64,000 nt of DNA, from the sequence record OK570374; one strand, given 5' to 3'. Made by a program: the position numbers and the translations under genes. This document shows, piece by piece, positions 7,267 to 15,779 of this stretch (positions are counted from its first letter, which is position 1; each line of letters starts with the position of its first letter). This stretch comes from Escherichia phage UoN_LG358_1. The notes below the pieces were generated by a model. It was not told the DNA's origin and did not search any database. It was given only the letters and a program-made list of their open reading frames with translations.

Positions 7267-8175
7267 TTAGAACGTGCACCATTTGCTAGTTACATCTTCA
7301 ATTACTTGGTATTTACATGTACGCATTTTAGCATCGCCGTAATCAACCGGGATAGATACTACATCTCGCGGATGAACTTTAACTGAAACGATACGGTCAC
7401 TAGAACCACGGAAATAGCTAATATAACTCTTAGAGCAAACATGCAATCCAGCTGAACATGTACGTTCGTCATCTTCATCAACCTGGTTACGAGCCATTTC
7501 TACAGTAACCCCAGGGGAGTTATCAAAAGTGCGGCTATGGCAATCTTTGTAGTTTTCAGTAACAACTTTCCAAGCGATAAAATGGCCGTCATCAGTGATT
7601 TCAATATCGTTCGCAACCAAGAAATCAAACAGACGAGCTACAGCTTTGCGACTTGGGTTTTCCATCAAATTTTCAAGGAAAGGCATATAGAATTCGAAGT
7701 TCTCGCCCTGTTCCATGGATTTCAGGATACGCTCTGTGAGACCTGATTTAATTTCGATGTCTTTATAGAACAGACGGCCTTCGTCAATTTTAACATTACC
7801 TTTAACGTAAGAGGTCAAACCTTTTTCAGCGTTAACGATTTCCAATGCGCCTTCAATATCACCATCAATCAGGCGCTGCAGAGCAATTTTAAAACCGGGT
7901 AGTTTATCATCTGCCGGATAAGTTTTGTGAGTGCTCAAATCGGTAATTGAGATAAATTTATTAGAAGCGTTCCAGATATATTCTGGCGCAGCAACCGGAG
8001 TTTCAACTGCTTCAATTTCTTCTACTTTAGTTTCTTGAGCCATTTCTTTAACTACGCGGCGGATAGTATCTACTGAACAGTTGAAGTGCTTAGCAATCCA
8101 GTCTCGTTTGTAGCCTGAATCAACATAATCAACGATAGACAATTTCTGAGAACGAGTAAACATTTGTACGGCCAT
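7267..8175 (-). CDS. rIIB: rIIB protein
   Basis: 302 aa; matches recalled T4 rIIB (VDTIRRV, IWNAS.KFISIT, GENFEFY.PFLENL.ENPS.KAV.RLFDFLVANDIEIT, SAGLHVCSKSYI, HPRDVVSIP.DY.DAKMRTC.Y). Confidence 0.88.
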   Translation of the reverse strand: MAVQMFTRSQKLSIVDYVDSGYKRDWIAKHFNCSVDTIRRVVKEMAQETKVEEIEAVETPVAAPEYIWNASNKFISITDLSTHKTYPADDKLPGFKIALQRLIDGDIEGALEIVNAEKGLTSYVKGNVKIDEGRLFYKDIEIKSGLTERILKSMEQGENFEFYMPFLENLMENPSRKAVARLFDFLVANDIEITDDGHFIAWKVVTENYKDCHSRTFDNSPGVTVEMARNQVDEDDERTCSAGLHVCSKSYISYFRGSSDRIVSVKVHPRDVVSIPVDYGDAKMRTCKYQVIEDVTSKWCTF

Positions 8176-8184
8176 AATTACCTC

Positions 8185-10377
8185 TTAGATGGCGCCCTGG
8201 AGCGCCGCAATTTTCATGATGTCAGTGTAGTATTCTTCTCGAGAAATGTAGTATTCTTCAAGCATATACCAAATCACTGGGTATTTTTTAGCAAATTCGT
8301 CAGAAGCTTTATTAAAATCAGACTTTGACGATAAGATGAGTTTATTATAAATCTTATAACATAAAGCAATTTTTTTAGCAGCTTTTGACTGTTTCACTAC
8401 TGTGTTAATAGAGCGGCAATTTAATGCTTCAGCCATCTGGTTGAGAACTAAAGACTTTTCCCAGTTATCACCGGAGATAAAATTCTTCAGCAACGGATTA
8501 AGTGCCTTTATATTAATCATAGCATTGAAGCGTCTGATATTAAACAAATGCGGATGAATTAAATCATCAAGTACGTCGTCAATCAAATCTGCATAACTAT
8601 CAGCTAAAATATTAAAAACTGAAGTTAGAGAATTATTGTCTTTGACATATTTCATTGCGCTAGGACGAATAGTATAAAATTCTTTTATATCTGCCGCTTT
8701 ACATGCTTGTCTAATATTTTCAATGCTGTAACTCGTAGAGCATTCTGTTCTTAATTCAACAATGTCTTCTCGATTAATTCCAACTGCTAAACCTTCCAAT
8801 TCACGAACTTCATTTGCAGTTAAAAACAAATTAGTCGATTCCCAATGAAGTTCTGAATCCAATTTCCATAGATGAACATTCGGAGATTTTGGACGTTTAA
8901 CCGCATCTGAATTATCTGGCTTATTGATTTCAGCATCTTTGGCACGGGCTTGTTCCATATCAGAAGCTTTAAAAATAACTACTTCATCGCCTTCAAACAA
9001 CTTCTTGGCAAGTTCTACAACTTCTAAATGGTCTTCATTATTCGGGTCAATTAAAATAACTTGACAGCCTTTATGAATATTAAGGTAACTCATCCCACGA
9101 ATAGTGCTTGCTCTGCGGTTTGGCTTATCGTCAATCATAAAAACAATCTTTTTCTGATTAACATGAATTAAGCCAGATGCCGAATATCGATTACGCGTGC
9201 TCCATGAATTACTAATTTTGCGGCGTTCAGCCATATCGCCGACAAAGTAAGTATACATATTAGATGAATACATTTTATTTTCGAGAGCACGTTGGTCGAA
9301 ATAATCAAGCCATTCGCGGCAAGTTTTGCCTTGAATTTTTGATTGGCTATTACCAATAATAGCAAGAGACCTGCTGGAAAATTTCTTTAACTCACGGACC
9401 AGTTCTCGCTTATTGGTTATACTTTCAAGATGTTTGATATCGTCTCTTAGATTTGTTTCTTCGATTTTATTAATTTTATTGCGAATAGCTTCGATAGTTT
9501 CTTCATTGTAAGAAAGCTCTTCACGGCTAGGAGTAATATCAAGTTCACCTAATTCAAAATTAACATAAACTGTGTTATACTTATTATTCAACCATTCGCA
9601 TTTGATACCAGGAACTTCTTGAACCTTAATCGGATAAACAATTCGTCCATAAATCGCATATAAATTCGAATCAGTATCAAAATAAGAGCGTTGTTTATCA
9701 AACCACTGCTTTTCTGGAGTAAACTCTTCGAAATAATCAATATTGATATTAGCACCTTGAATTTCTGGTTCAACACCAGCAAATGTGCGCAAAGTACGAC
9801 GGACTTCATGATGCCACTTATCAATATCGTCAGTTTTTACCGGGACAGTAATTTCAATACCGGTGTATTCATCTTCTTCCATTGCTGTGTCAAACAGCGG
9901 AATAATTTCTGGGCCAGTATTTTTCATTATAGCGGTGTAACCGCGCTTACGGCCCTTATGACAAGAAACGACTGTAAAAGTTTTTGTATAGCTAAATGGA
10001 GATTTTGAGCCAAGACCCATTGCCCCGATGAAATCATTTGAGTCGGCTTTAGTTGAAGCAAAATAAGTATTATACAAGCCTGGAGCATCATCAGTTCCAC
10101 GAATTTGTTCATCGCTCATACCTGGGCCAAAATCGCGAATTACGAAGCGCGGGTCTATACGAGTAGGAACTTTAATAGTGAACGGACGAGTTTGACCATT
10201 CAGTTTATGAGCATCGAGACAGTTAGTAGATAATTCACGAACGATAGCGTAAATTTTATTGGTGTACAACTTGTCTGAAAGAACCATGAACGCTTTCATG
10301 TTGTTCTCAATGCCAAACTTACTTGCCTTTTGATTGGCTGAACCAAAAATCTGCTCTTCTTCTTGTTTAATAATCAT
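8185..10377 (-). CDS. rIIA: rIIA protein (GHKL-type ATPase fold)
   Basis: 730 aa, immediately upstream of rIIB; T4 rIIA size and position. Confidence 0.88.
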   Translation of the reverse strand: MIIKQEEEQIFGSANQKASKFGIENNMKAFMVLSDKLYTNKIYAIVRELSTNCLDAHKLNGQTRPFTIKVPTRIDPRFVIRDFGPGMSDEQIRGTDDAPGLYNTYFASTKADSNDFIGAMGLGSKSPFSYTKTFTVVSCHKGRKRGYTAIMKNTGPEIIPLFDTAMEEDEYTGIEITVPVKTDDIDKWHHEVRRTLRTFAGVEPEIQGANINIDYFEEFTPEKQWFDKQRSYFDTDSNLYAIYGRIVYPIKVQEVPGIKCEWLNNKYNTVYVNFELGELDITPSREELSYNEETIEAIRNKINKIEETNLRDDIKHLESITNKRELVRELKKFSSRSLAIIGNSQSKIQGKTCREWLDYFDQRALENKMYSSNMYTYFVGDMAERRKISNSWSTRNRYSASGLIHVNQKKIVFMIDDKPNRRASTIRGMSYLNIHKGCQVILIDPNNEDHLEVVELAKKLFEGDEVVIFKASDMEQARAKDAEINKPDNSDAVKRPKSPNVHLWKLDSELHWESTNLFLTANEVRELEGLAVGINREDIVELRTECSTSYSIENIRQACKAADIKEFYTIRPSAMKYVKDNNSLTSVFNILADSYADLIDDVLDDLIHPHLFNIRRFNAMINIKALNPLLKNFISGDNWEKSLVLNQMAEALNCRSINTVVKQSKAAKKIALCYKIYNKLILSSKSDFNKASDEFAKKYPVIWYMLEEYYISREEYYTDIMKIAALQGAI

Positions 10378-10399
10378 CTTTTTCTCTCATTCACTTAAA

Positions 10400-10603
10400 T
10401 TAATCTTGGTTACGCTTAATCAATTCTGCAACTTCTAGAAGTTCTTCTGCCGTTGCGGTGTTGTTTTGTATTTTAAACCGTATTTCCTTAAAGCGTTCTT
10501 TAAAATCTTCAGCTTCACTCATGTCAAAAAATCTTTGAATGATGCGGTACTCTTTATATACAGCGTCATCAAATAATACCATACAAACGTTAAAGCTTTT
10601 CAT
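10400..10603 (-). CDS. Hypothetical small protein (rIIA.1 position)
   Basis: 67-aa ORF directly upstream of rIIA. Confidence 0.5.
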   Translation of the reverse strand: MKSFNVCMVLFDDAVYKEYRIIQRFFDMSEAEDFKERFKEIRFKIQNNTATAEELLEVAELIKRNQD

Positions 10604-10889
10604 TTCCTACCTCTCTGAGGATGGCTGCAAACTGGCTCATAGTGTGTTTTTCACGTACAGAGTAAACCAGCCTCAAAGCGGTTTGTTGTAGGTTCACCGG
10701 AATGATCTGGTTGTTTTCAACTAATACAGCAATATGTTCTATCATATTAGAGAATTTATTTAACCAGATTTCATCTGGTGTATTCTCTGTTTTATTCAGA
10801 AACATATCTTTACTATCTCTAATTGTTGCTGCTACGTTGTATAAATTAACATAACTTCCGTTAAGCATTTTCATAGCTGTAATCACCAT
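10590..10889 (-). CDS. Hypothetical protein
   Basis: 99-aa ORF; start uncertain. Confidence 0.45.
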   Translation of the reverse strand: MVITAMKMLNGSYVNLYNVAATIRDSKDMFLNKTENTPDEIWLNKFSNMIEHIAVLVENNQIIPVNLQQTALRLVYSVREKHTMSQFAAILREVGNEKL

Positions 10890-10892
10890 ACT

Positions 10893-10917
10893 AAAAAGGG
10901 ACTCCCGAAGGAGTCCC
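10893..10917 (-). terminator. Rho-independent terminator
   Basis: GGGACTCC-CGAA-GGAGTCCC perfect hairpin with T-run on the minus strand; a near-identical hairpin recurs at 21066-21092. Confidence 0.65.
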
Positions 10918-10922
10918 TGTTA

Positions 10923-11078
10923 TTACCATGTGGCTTTTGACACCATACCTGTAACTTTCTTCAAAGAGTTGTCCGGCTGACGAACACGAATAGTAGCTAT
11001 ATCGCCAGGGAGAGGAAGAGCATCTCCCCACATATAACCGAAACTTCCATCTACAAGCGTTACCCAGATTTGTGACAT
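10923..11078 (-). CDS. Hypothetical 51-aa protein (not in ORF track)
   Basis: ATG with GGAGAG SD; preceded by ACGGGC..GCCCGT hairpin; ends just before the terminator. Confidence 0.35.
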   Translation of the reverse strand: MSQIWVTLVDGSFGYMWGDALPLPGDIATIRVRQPDNSLKKVTGMVSKATW

Positions 11079-11112
11079 ATACTCTCCTATACGGGCGGAA
11101 TGCCCGTATTAT

Positions 11113-11640
11113 TTATTCACTCATCCAGACCTTGCGAGGAGCCGCATCATTACCCATAACCATTTCAAAAAGTTCTTTCCAATTTGGCGGCAATGACACT
11201 ACGTCATAAACCGGTTGCTGAATAACTCGTTCATATTCATCTTCTTCCAAAGAACCAAGTCCTTTGATGTAACGAAGTTTCCATCCAGCAAGTTTATCTT
11301 TTTCAGCTTCATATTCGGCGGCATTGTAATACCATTTTTGTTCAGAGCCCTTTGACATAATAATCACTGGGGTTTTAACAAACCGAATACGTCCTTCTTC
11401 GAACAATTTCGGCCAATTAGCAAAGAACGCTAGCAGGCTTGGATAAATTGACCCTGTGCCAAATATCTCTATTGTGAGGTATATCAATGATTAGCCCGAA
11501 GGCTAACCATCAACATCAGCATCAGTCATGATGGCAATGTTTTTATAATTCAAAGAAGAAGTTGATGTACGACGTACAATTGTCTGGGCTTTATATGATT
11601 TCATATCAATTTCAGTTTCTTTAACTTTAGCAAATTTCAT
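11113..11640 (-). CDS. 60: DNA topoisomerase II small subunit gp60 with an internal translational-bypass gap: codons 1-45 at 11506-11640, resumption at 11113-11457
   Basis: N-segment MKFAKVKETEIDMKSYKAQTIVRRTSTSSLNYKNIAIMTDADVDG ends in GGT followed by TAG; C-segment (T)GSIYPSLLAFFANWPKLFEEGRIRFVKTPVII... matches recalled T4 gp60 after the hop; combined 159 aa versus 160 in T4. Confidence 0.85.
11458..11505 (-). other. Untranslated coding gap of gene 60 (48 nt including the landing codon GGC)
   Basis: Take-off GGT (11506-11508) then UAG; hairpin UUAGCC-UUCG-GGCUAA (11491-11506); in-frame UAA; GAG 6 nt 5' of landing GGC (11458-11460). Confidence 0.6.
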
Positions 11641-12340
11641 TTAAAACCTCATAAAATTTTTCATCAGGAGTCCAACCGTTTTTAAACTGATTGAACGCGA
11701 TTTTGAACAGTTTCGTTTTGATAGTTATATTATTAACCGTTTTCCATTTAGCAATTCCGGTTTTCTTATAACTAACTGGGTCATAAACGTTAGCATACCA
11801 ATCATAAAGGGACGGAATCAACTTAACTGCGTCTGGATTGGTTTTAGATTTGTTATACCAAGGTTTAGATTTTTCAAGGGCGGCTGCTACTTTTGTAGCG
11901 TTTAACGTGTTACCAACTCCGCATAAACCAAGGTCCTTTATTAAAGGGTCGTCCGTTCTTAGTCTATAGGTTGTGTTATCTTTATCCTTGTAAACTCCGT
12001 ATCCTTTCACACCTTCAAATTTTCTTCCGTAATTTACGCCAACCCAATCTTCTTCAGTGTATTCGCCTTTCGTCAGTAATCGACATTCTCCAGTTTCTTT
12101 ATTTCTAAGTAAAATTTTGTCACGCATGAACTCAGCAGACCAATCTGAAATCATATTAACATAATTTTTCCTGGCTATTTCATAAAGTTTAGAACGAAAT
12201 ATTGTTCCAGAATTCATTATCCGGTTCAAAGCATAAGACATTTCTTTGTTTTTATGAATTTTAAACAATAACCAGTGCGCAATAAAATGTTCGCGATATG
12301 TCAATTTTACCAAATTATCTGAAGTATCTAATCCACCCAT
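11627..12340 (-). CDS. mobA: MobA-like HNH homing endonuclease between genes 39 and 60 (reading frame open upstream to the gene 39 stop codon)
   Basis: 237 aa from first ATG, beginning inside the HNH motif (GGLDTSDNLVKLTYREHFIAH); in-frame upstream codons encode ...EIHHILPRS with no stop back to the gene 39 UGA. Confidence 0.7.
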   Translation of the reverse strand: MGGLDTSDNLVKLTYREHFIAHWLLFKIHKNKEMSYALNRIMNSGTIFRSKLYEIARKNYVNMISDWSAEFMRDKILLRNKETGECRLLTKGEYTEEDWVGVNYGRKFEGVKGYGVYKDKDNTTYRLRTDDPLIKDLGLCGVGNTLNATKVAAALEKSKPWYNKSKTNPDAVKLIPSLYDWYANVYDPVSYKKTGIAKWKTVNNITIKTKLFKIAFNQFKNGWTPDEKFYEVLNEIC

Positions 12341-12421
12341 GCTTCTTGGAAGTATATGATGAATTTCTCCTTTAACCGGCGGAACCCTGGTTTTACCCCG
12401 GGAAATTAGTTTTTCTATAAT

Positions 12422-13975
12422 TCATACTAAGTCTTTTACTTTTTTCCAGACGCCATCAATAAAAATTTCGTCATTGATATTAACTACAATATCTTCACCG
12501 GCAACATTTACAGTATACCATTGTTCGCCGGCTTCAACTTCCGTGAATGGGTCTTCACCAATGACTAACCCAGTAATTGCACAAATATCAAAGATTTCTT
12601 TGTTTTTCAAAGCATCACCTGCAGACATTCCCCAGGTGTTCATCACTTTACCACGTAATGGATAACCGCCATGAAGGGCACGGTCACGAGTATTAATTAG
12701 ATAACCAATAGCAGAATCACCTTCTGTTAAAAACAAAGTTGTTTCTACTTTATCATTACCATATTCGCCAGCTTTGATGTGTTTATGAACTTTAGCTTTG
12801 GCCGCCTTTTTCGCTGCTTTGGTTTCTGCTGCTTTCTCTGCCGCTAGTTTACGTGCTAATGCAGCTTCAATAATCGGCATTAAAATAGCATCAGATTTCA
12901 TAATCTGATTAGAAATTTTCTTTGCATCGAGATTTAAGTGAGATTTAATTTCGCCCCATGGACTTGTAAGACGCTCTTTGGTTTGCGAGTCAAAGCGCAA
13001 GTTACTCATATCTCGAATAAACATCAACACAGTAAAACACTCTTTAATACGAGCTTTGTTTACTTCAATTTTGTGTTTACGTTTAATAGCCGGAATTAAT
13101 TCATTAGCAATTTCGTCAATAACATAATCAATATGCGAACCGCCATTCTTTGTATGAATGTTGTTAACATAAGTCATTTGACGAAAACCATCTGGAGAAT
13201 TACCTATAGCCAAAGAATAATTTTCTTCATCAATAATGATAGCATTTTTATCATACTGCTTAGAATATTTTTTGAAATTACTATCAACTTTTTTATTGTT
13301 AAATTTAAATTCAATTTTTGGATAAACGACTGCCAATGTCTGTAAACGGTCCAACATAATATCAAAATAAACATCATCAAAATTGTTCATTTCGAAATGG
13401 CTAAAATCTGGAATAAATTCTACCTTAGTTCCTTTATAAGAGGATTTTTTGGATTTCCAAGAAACATTGTCAGAATTATTGCTACAAGAAACTGTTAATT
13501 CATTTTCTCCATCAGATGTTGTACCTTTAAACATAACAGAGAAAATATTAGTCAATGAAGAACCAACACCGTTTTGCCCGCCAGTTTTACGCTCTTCATC
13601 AGCTCCAAAGTTTCCGCCTGCCTTAGTTTTCGTCCATGCTGCTACTGGACCAGGAATTTCTTCACCTTCAGGAGTAGTAACCATAGCCTGTGGAATTCCA
13701 CGGCCATTATCTTCTACGGTCACTTTGCTTGTGGAAGAATCGATATTGACTGAAATTTTATTAGCAAATTTAAAACTTGTACGGATAGCTTCATCAACAG
13801 AGTTATCGATAATTTCATCAATAAGTTTGAGAACGCCAGCTACGTATTGTACCCGCTTAAATTCGCCAAAAACAAAACGCTCATGAAATTCGTTAGATAC
13901 ACTTCCGATGTACATTCCAGGACGCTTAAGAACGTGTTCCTTGTCAGAGAGCATTTGAATTTTATTTTCAATCAT
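12422..13975 (-). CDS. 39: DNA topoisomerase II large subunit gp39 (GyrB-like ATPase)
   Basis: 517 aa; matches recalled T4 gp39 (GMYIGS, LIDEIIDNSVDE, VEDNGRGIPQAMV.TP.GEEIPGPVAAWT, GGNFG, GVGSSLTNIFSVMF, TEGDSAIGYLI). Confidence 0.92.
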   Translation of the reverse strand: MIENKIQMLSDKEHVLKRPGMYIGSVSNEFHERFVFGEFKRVQYVAGVLKLIDEIIDNSVDEAIRTSFKFANKISVNIDSSTSKVTVEDNGRGIPQAMVTTPEGEEIPGPVAAWTKTKAGGNFGADEERKTGGQNGVGSSLTNIFSVMFKGTTSDGENELTVSCSNNSDNVSWKSKKSSYKGTKVEFIPDFSHFEMNNFDDVYFDIMLDRLQTLAVVYPKIEFKFNNKKVDSNFKKYSKQYDKNAIIIDEENYSLAIGNSPDGFRQMTYVNNIHTKNGGSHIDYVIDEIANELIPAIKRKHKIEVNKARIKECFTVLMFIRDMSNLRFDSQTKERLTSPWGEIKSHLNLDAKKISNQIMKSDAILMPIIEAALARKLAAEKAAETKAAKKAAKAKVHKHIKAGEYGNDKVETTLFLTEGDSAIGYLINTRDRALHGGYPLRGKVMNTWGMSAGDALKNKEIFDICAITGLVIGEDPFTEVEAGEQWYTVNVAGEDIVVNINDEIFIDGVWKKVKDLV

Positions 13976-14014
13976 GTTATTATCCCAGTTTGAATTTGTC
14001 TGATAATTATATCA

Positions 14015-14380
14015 TCAATTTAATTTAGCAATTAATTCATCACGATATTTCATGAGATGATGAAGCGCCGGAGCCCCATATATAGGAGAACACAAACTTG
14101 AATTAGGTTTTTTACAAAATATGGTGTGAATAGCTTGCTCTTCACTTTCGTATGAAAACGTCAAAGTTTGGCTATACCGGTCATCATAATAGGCAGCATA
14201 ATTATTTTCTTCAATTACGATAAATTCTTGAACAACTTTATAATATTTTTGTAACCAGATGCACCGTCCGTTATCCAATTTAGTCGGGAACAATGCGAAT
14301 TTATATTTTCCAATCGCTCGTTCAACTAATCTAAGCTTGCTGGCGGCATTCTTTTGAATTGAAGATTTTCCAAATATCAT
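14015..14380 (-). CDS. Hypothetical early protein
   Basis: 121-aa ORF downstream of gene 39. Confidence 0.45.
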   Translation of the reverse strand: MIFGKSSIQKNAASKLRLVERAIGKYKFALFPTKLDNGRCIWLQKYYKVVQEFIVIEENNYAAYYDDRYSQTLTFSYESEEQAIHTIFCKKPNSSLCSPIYGAPALHHLMKYRDELIAKLN

Positions 14381-14401
14381 AATATTTTTCTCACTTAGCT
14401 G

Positions 14402-14581
14402 TTAAGAATAATCGCGATTTTTGTATCCGTTGTAATGAACAGCGGGCGCAGCGGTTTCTCGGAACATTTTTCCTTCACAATTCAGAAATGAACATTCAAT
14501 TGGTTCATCACGTTCTGAGACCTTGCGCATCTTTTCTACCTTTTCACCGCAGGCTTCGCACGTGTAATCATAAATTGGCAT
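14402..14581 (-). CDS. Small zinc-ribbon protein, FmdB-like (not in ORF track)
   Basis: 59 aa, MPIYDYTCEACGEKVEK...ECSFLNCEG: CxxC...CxxC pattern with MPIY-YxC N-terminus; TAATG overlap with the upstream gene. Confidence 0.45.
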   Translation of the reverse strand: MPIYDYTCEACGEKVEKMRKVSERDEPIECSFLNCEGKMFRETAAPAVHYNGYKNRDYS

Positions 14582-15018
14582 TATAGTAATCCTTTTAACA
14601 TTTCAATAGCCGCTTTGACTTGATTTTTATTAGTAATTGCTAAAGTGATATGAGGAATTTCATTTTCTTCTGAAGCTTCATATTCGTCATCGTTTGCTGC
14701 TAAATTAGGTGTTTCAAACTTAAAATATTTAGCTTCTTCACGCAGGATAAGGAAATATTCATCGCTGACTTTAGCATTCAAGTATCCAGGCAATCCATTG
14801 ACTGTATCTTGGTCACCAACCAGTACGCCATTACACATTATAGCTGCTTCGGCATTACCGGTCTCGGGATTGACATAAATTACTCTAAAAAATCCGCCGT
14901 TTTTCTCAATAAAGTCAATAATTTCCTCATTGTACTTATGAGCTTTAGCAAATCCAACGTAATCGCGGATTGAATACCATTTATCTTCTACAAATTCTTC
15001 TAAATTCTGTGTAGTCAT
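14581..15018 (-). CDS. Hypothetical protein
   Basis: 145 aa from ATG at 15018 (TAATG overlap; AGGA SD); the track start is TTG. Confidence 0.5.
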   Translation of the reverse strand: MTTQNLEEFVEDKWYSIRDYVGFAKAHKYNEEIIDFIEKNGGFFRVIYVNPETGNAEAAIMCNGVLVGDQDTVNGLPGYLNAKVSDEYFLILREEAKYFKFETPNLAANDDEYEASEENEIPHITLAITNKNQVKAAIEMLKGLL

Positions 15019-15227
15019 TAGATAGTTTCCTTCCAATAAGAAGTTCCGTTTTCATTGATGTAACGAACTACCGCATAGATTGCACGGCTGTTTTCGTAAA
15101 CGTAGGCGTATGTGTGATGTTCTAGATGTCCTTGAACTTCTTTTTGCACAATAGTCAACTCTGGATTGAACAAGATATCTTCAAACTGCTCTTGTGTTAA
15201 AATGCGGTTCATTTTATTTTTCCTCAT
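15018..15227 (-). CDS. Hypothetical small protein
   Basis: 69-aa ORF following an early promoter. Confidence 0.45.
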   Translation of the reverse strand: MRKNKMNRILTQEQFEDILFNPELTIVQKEVQGHLEHHTYAYVYENSRAIYAVVRYINENGTSYWKETI

Positions 15228-15237
15228 TTATTTTGAT

Positions 15238-15274
15238 AGGGTTATAGTATCATAACCCTCAAGGAAAGTAAACG
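15238..15274 (-). promoter_or_regulatory. T4-type early promoter
   Basis: gtaaac at 15268-15273; -10 TGATACTAT. Confidence 0.5.
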
Positions 15275-15275
15275 G

Positions 15276-15713
15276 TTAAACTTTTACGCTCAGAAAACGG
15301 GTTGAACGGATTACTGCTGGGATAACTAAATCCAAATCTTTAGTAGCCATTAAAGCGTATTCACCCTGATAAACCACGTTCGCAACTTCTTCGCCGTCAA
15401 TATCATAAACCAAGGTAACTAATCCACACTTACGGTCACAAATGTGACAGTCTCCCTGACCGCCGGAATGCTCGATTGCTGCATCTGCGTTTCGAATTCG
15501 TACAATATCGCCAATTTCAATAACACAACGCTGAGAAGCTTCTTTCGTATAAGTGTTGTTTTCAGACACATAGTAGTCTTTTACATAAATTGTGTTATTA
15601 GTTTTAACATCGCGCAGACGATATCCATCACGCTTTGAATGACCTAGAACAATACCAACACGACCAGCATTTTTACCACTAATTACACGAAGTTCAGTAC
15701 CTTTAACAAACAT
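15276..15713 (-). CDS. Hypothetical protein
   Basis: 145 aa from ATG at 15713 (AAGGTGAT SD); track start is TTG. Confidence 0.5.
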   Translation of the reverse strand: MFVKGTELRVISGKNAGRVGIVLGHSKRDGYRLRDVKTNNTIYVKDYYVSENNTYTKEASQRCVIEIGDIVRIRNADAAIEHSGGQGDCHICDRKCGLVTLVYDIDGEEVANVVYQGEYALMATKDLDLVIPAVIRSTRFLSVKV

Positions 15714-15779
15714 ATTATCACCTTTCAATTTTCAGTATCAGATTTGAGAAATTATTTTATATCAAAATATTTAAAGTTG

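Larger units (their letters stand above)
11458..12421 (-). mobile_element. mobA/bypass-element cassette splitting the topoisomerase large-subunit gene into 39 and 60
   Basis: Same arrangement as the described T4 mobA plus 50-nt bypass cassette: HNH gene plus hop element inserted between gene 39 and gene 60. Confidence 0.6.

Noticed and set aside
11458-11505. Gene 60 split as two independent genes, or as an intron
   Set aside because: 45-48 nt is far too short for a group I/II intron. An independent start at TTG 11487 has no RBS and would remove the conserved TGSIYPSLL junction. The T4-type bypass signals are all present, so bypass is the more parsimonious reading (still needs experimental confirmation).
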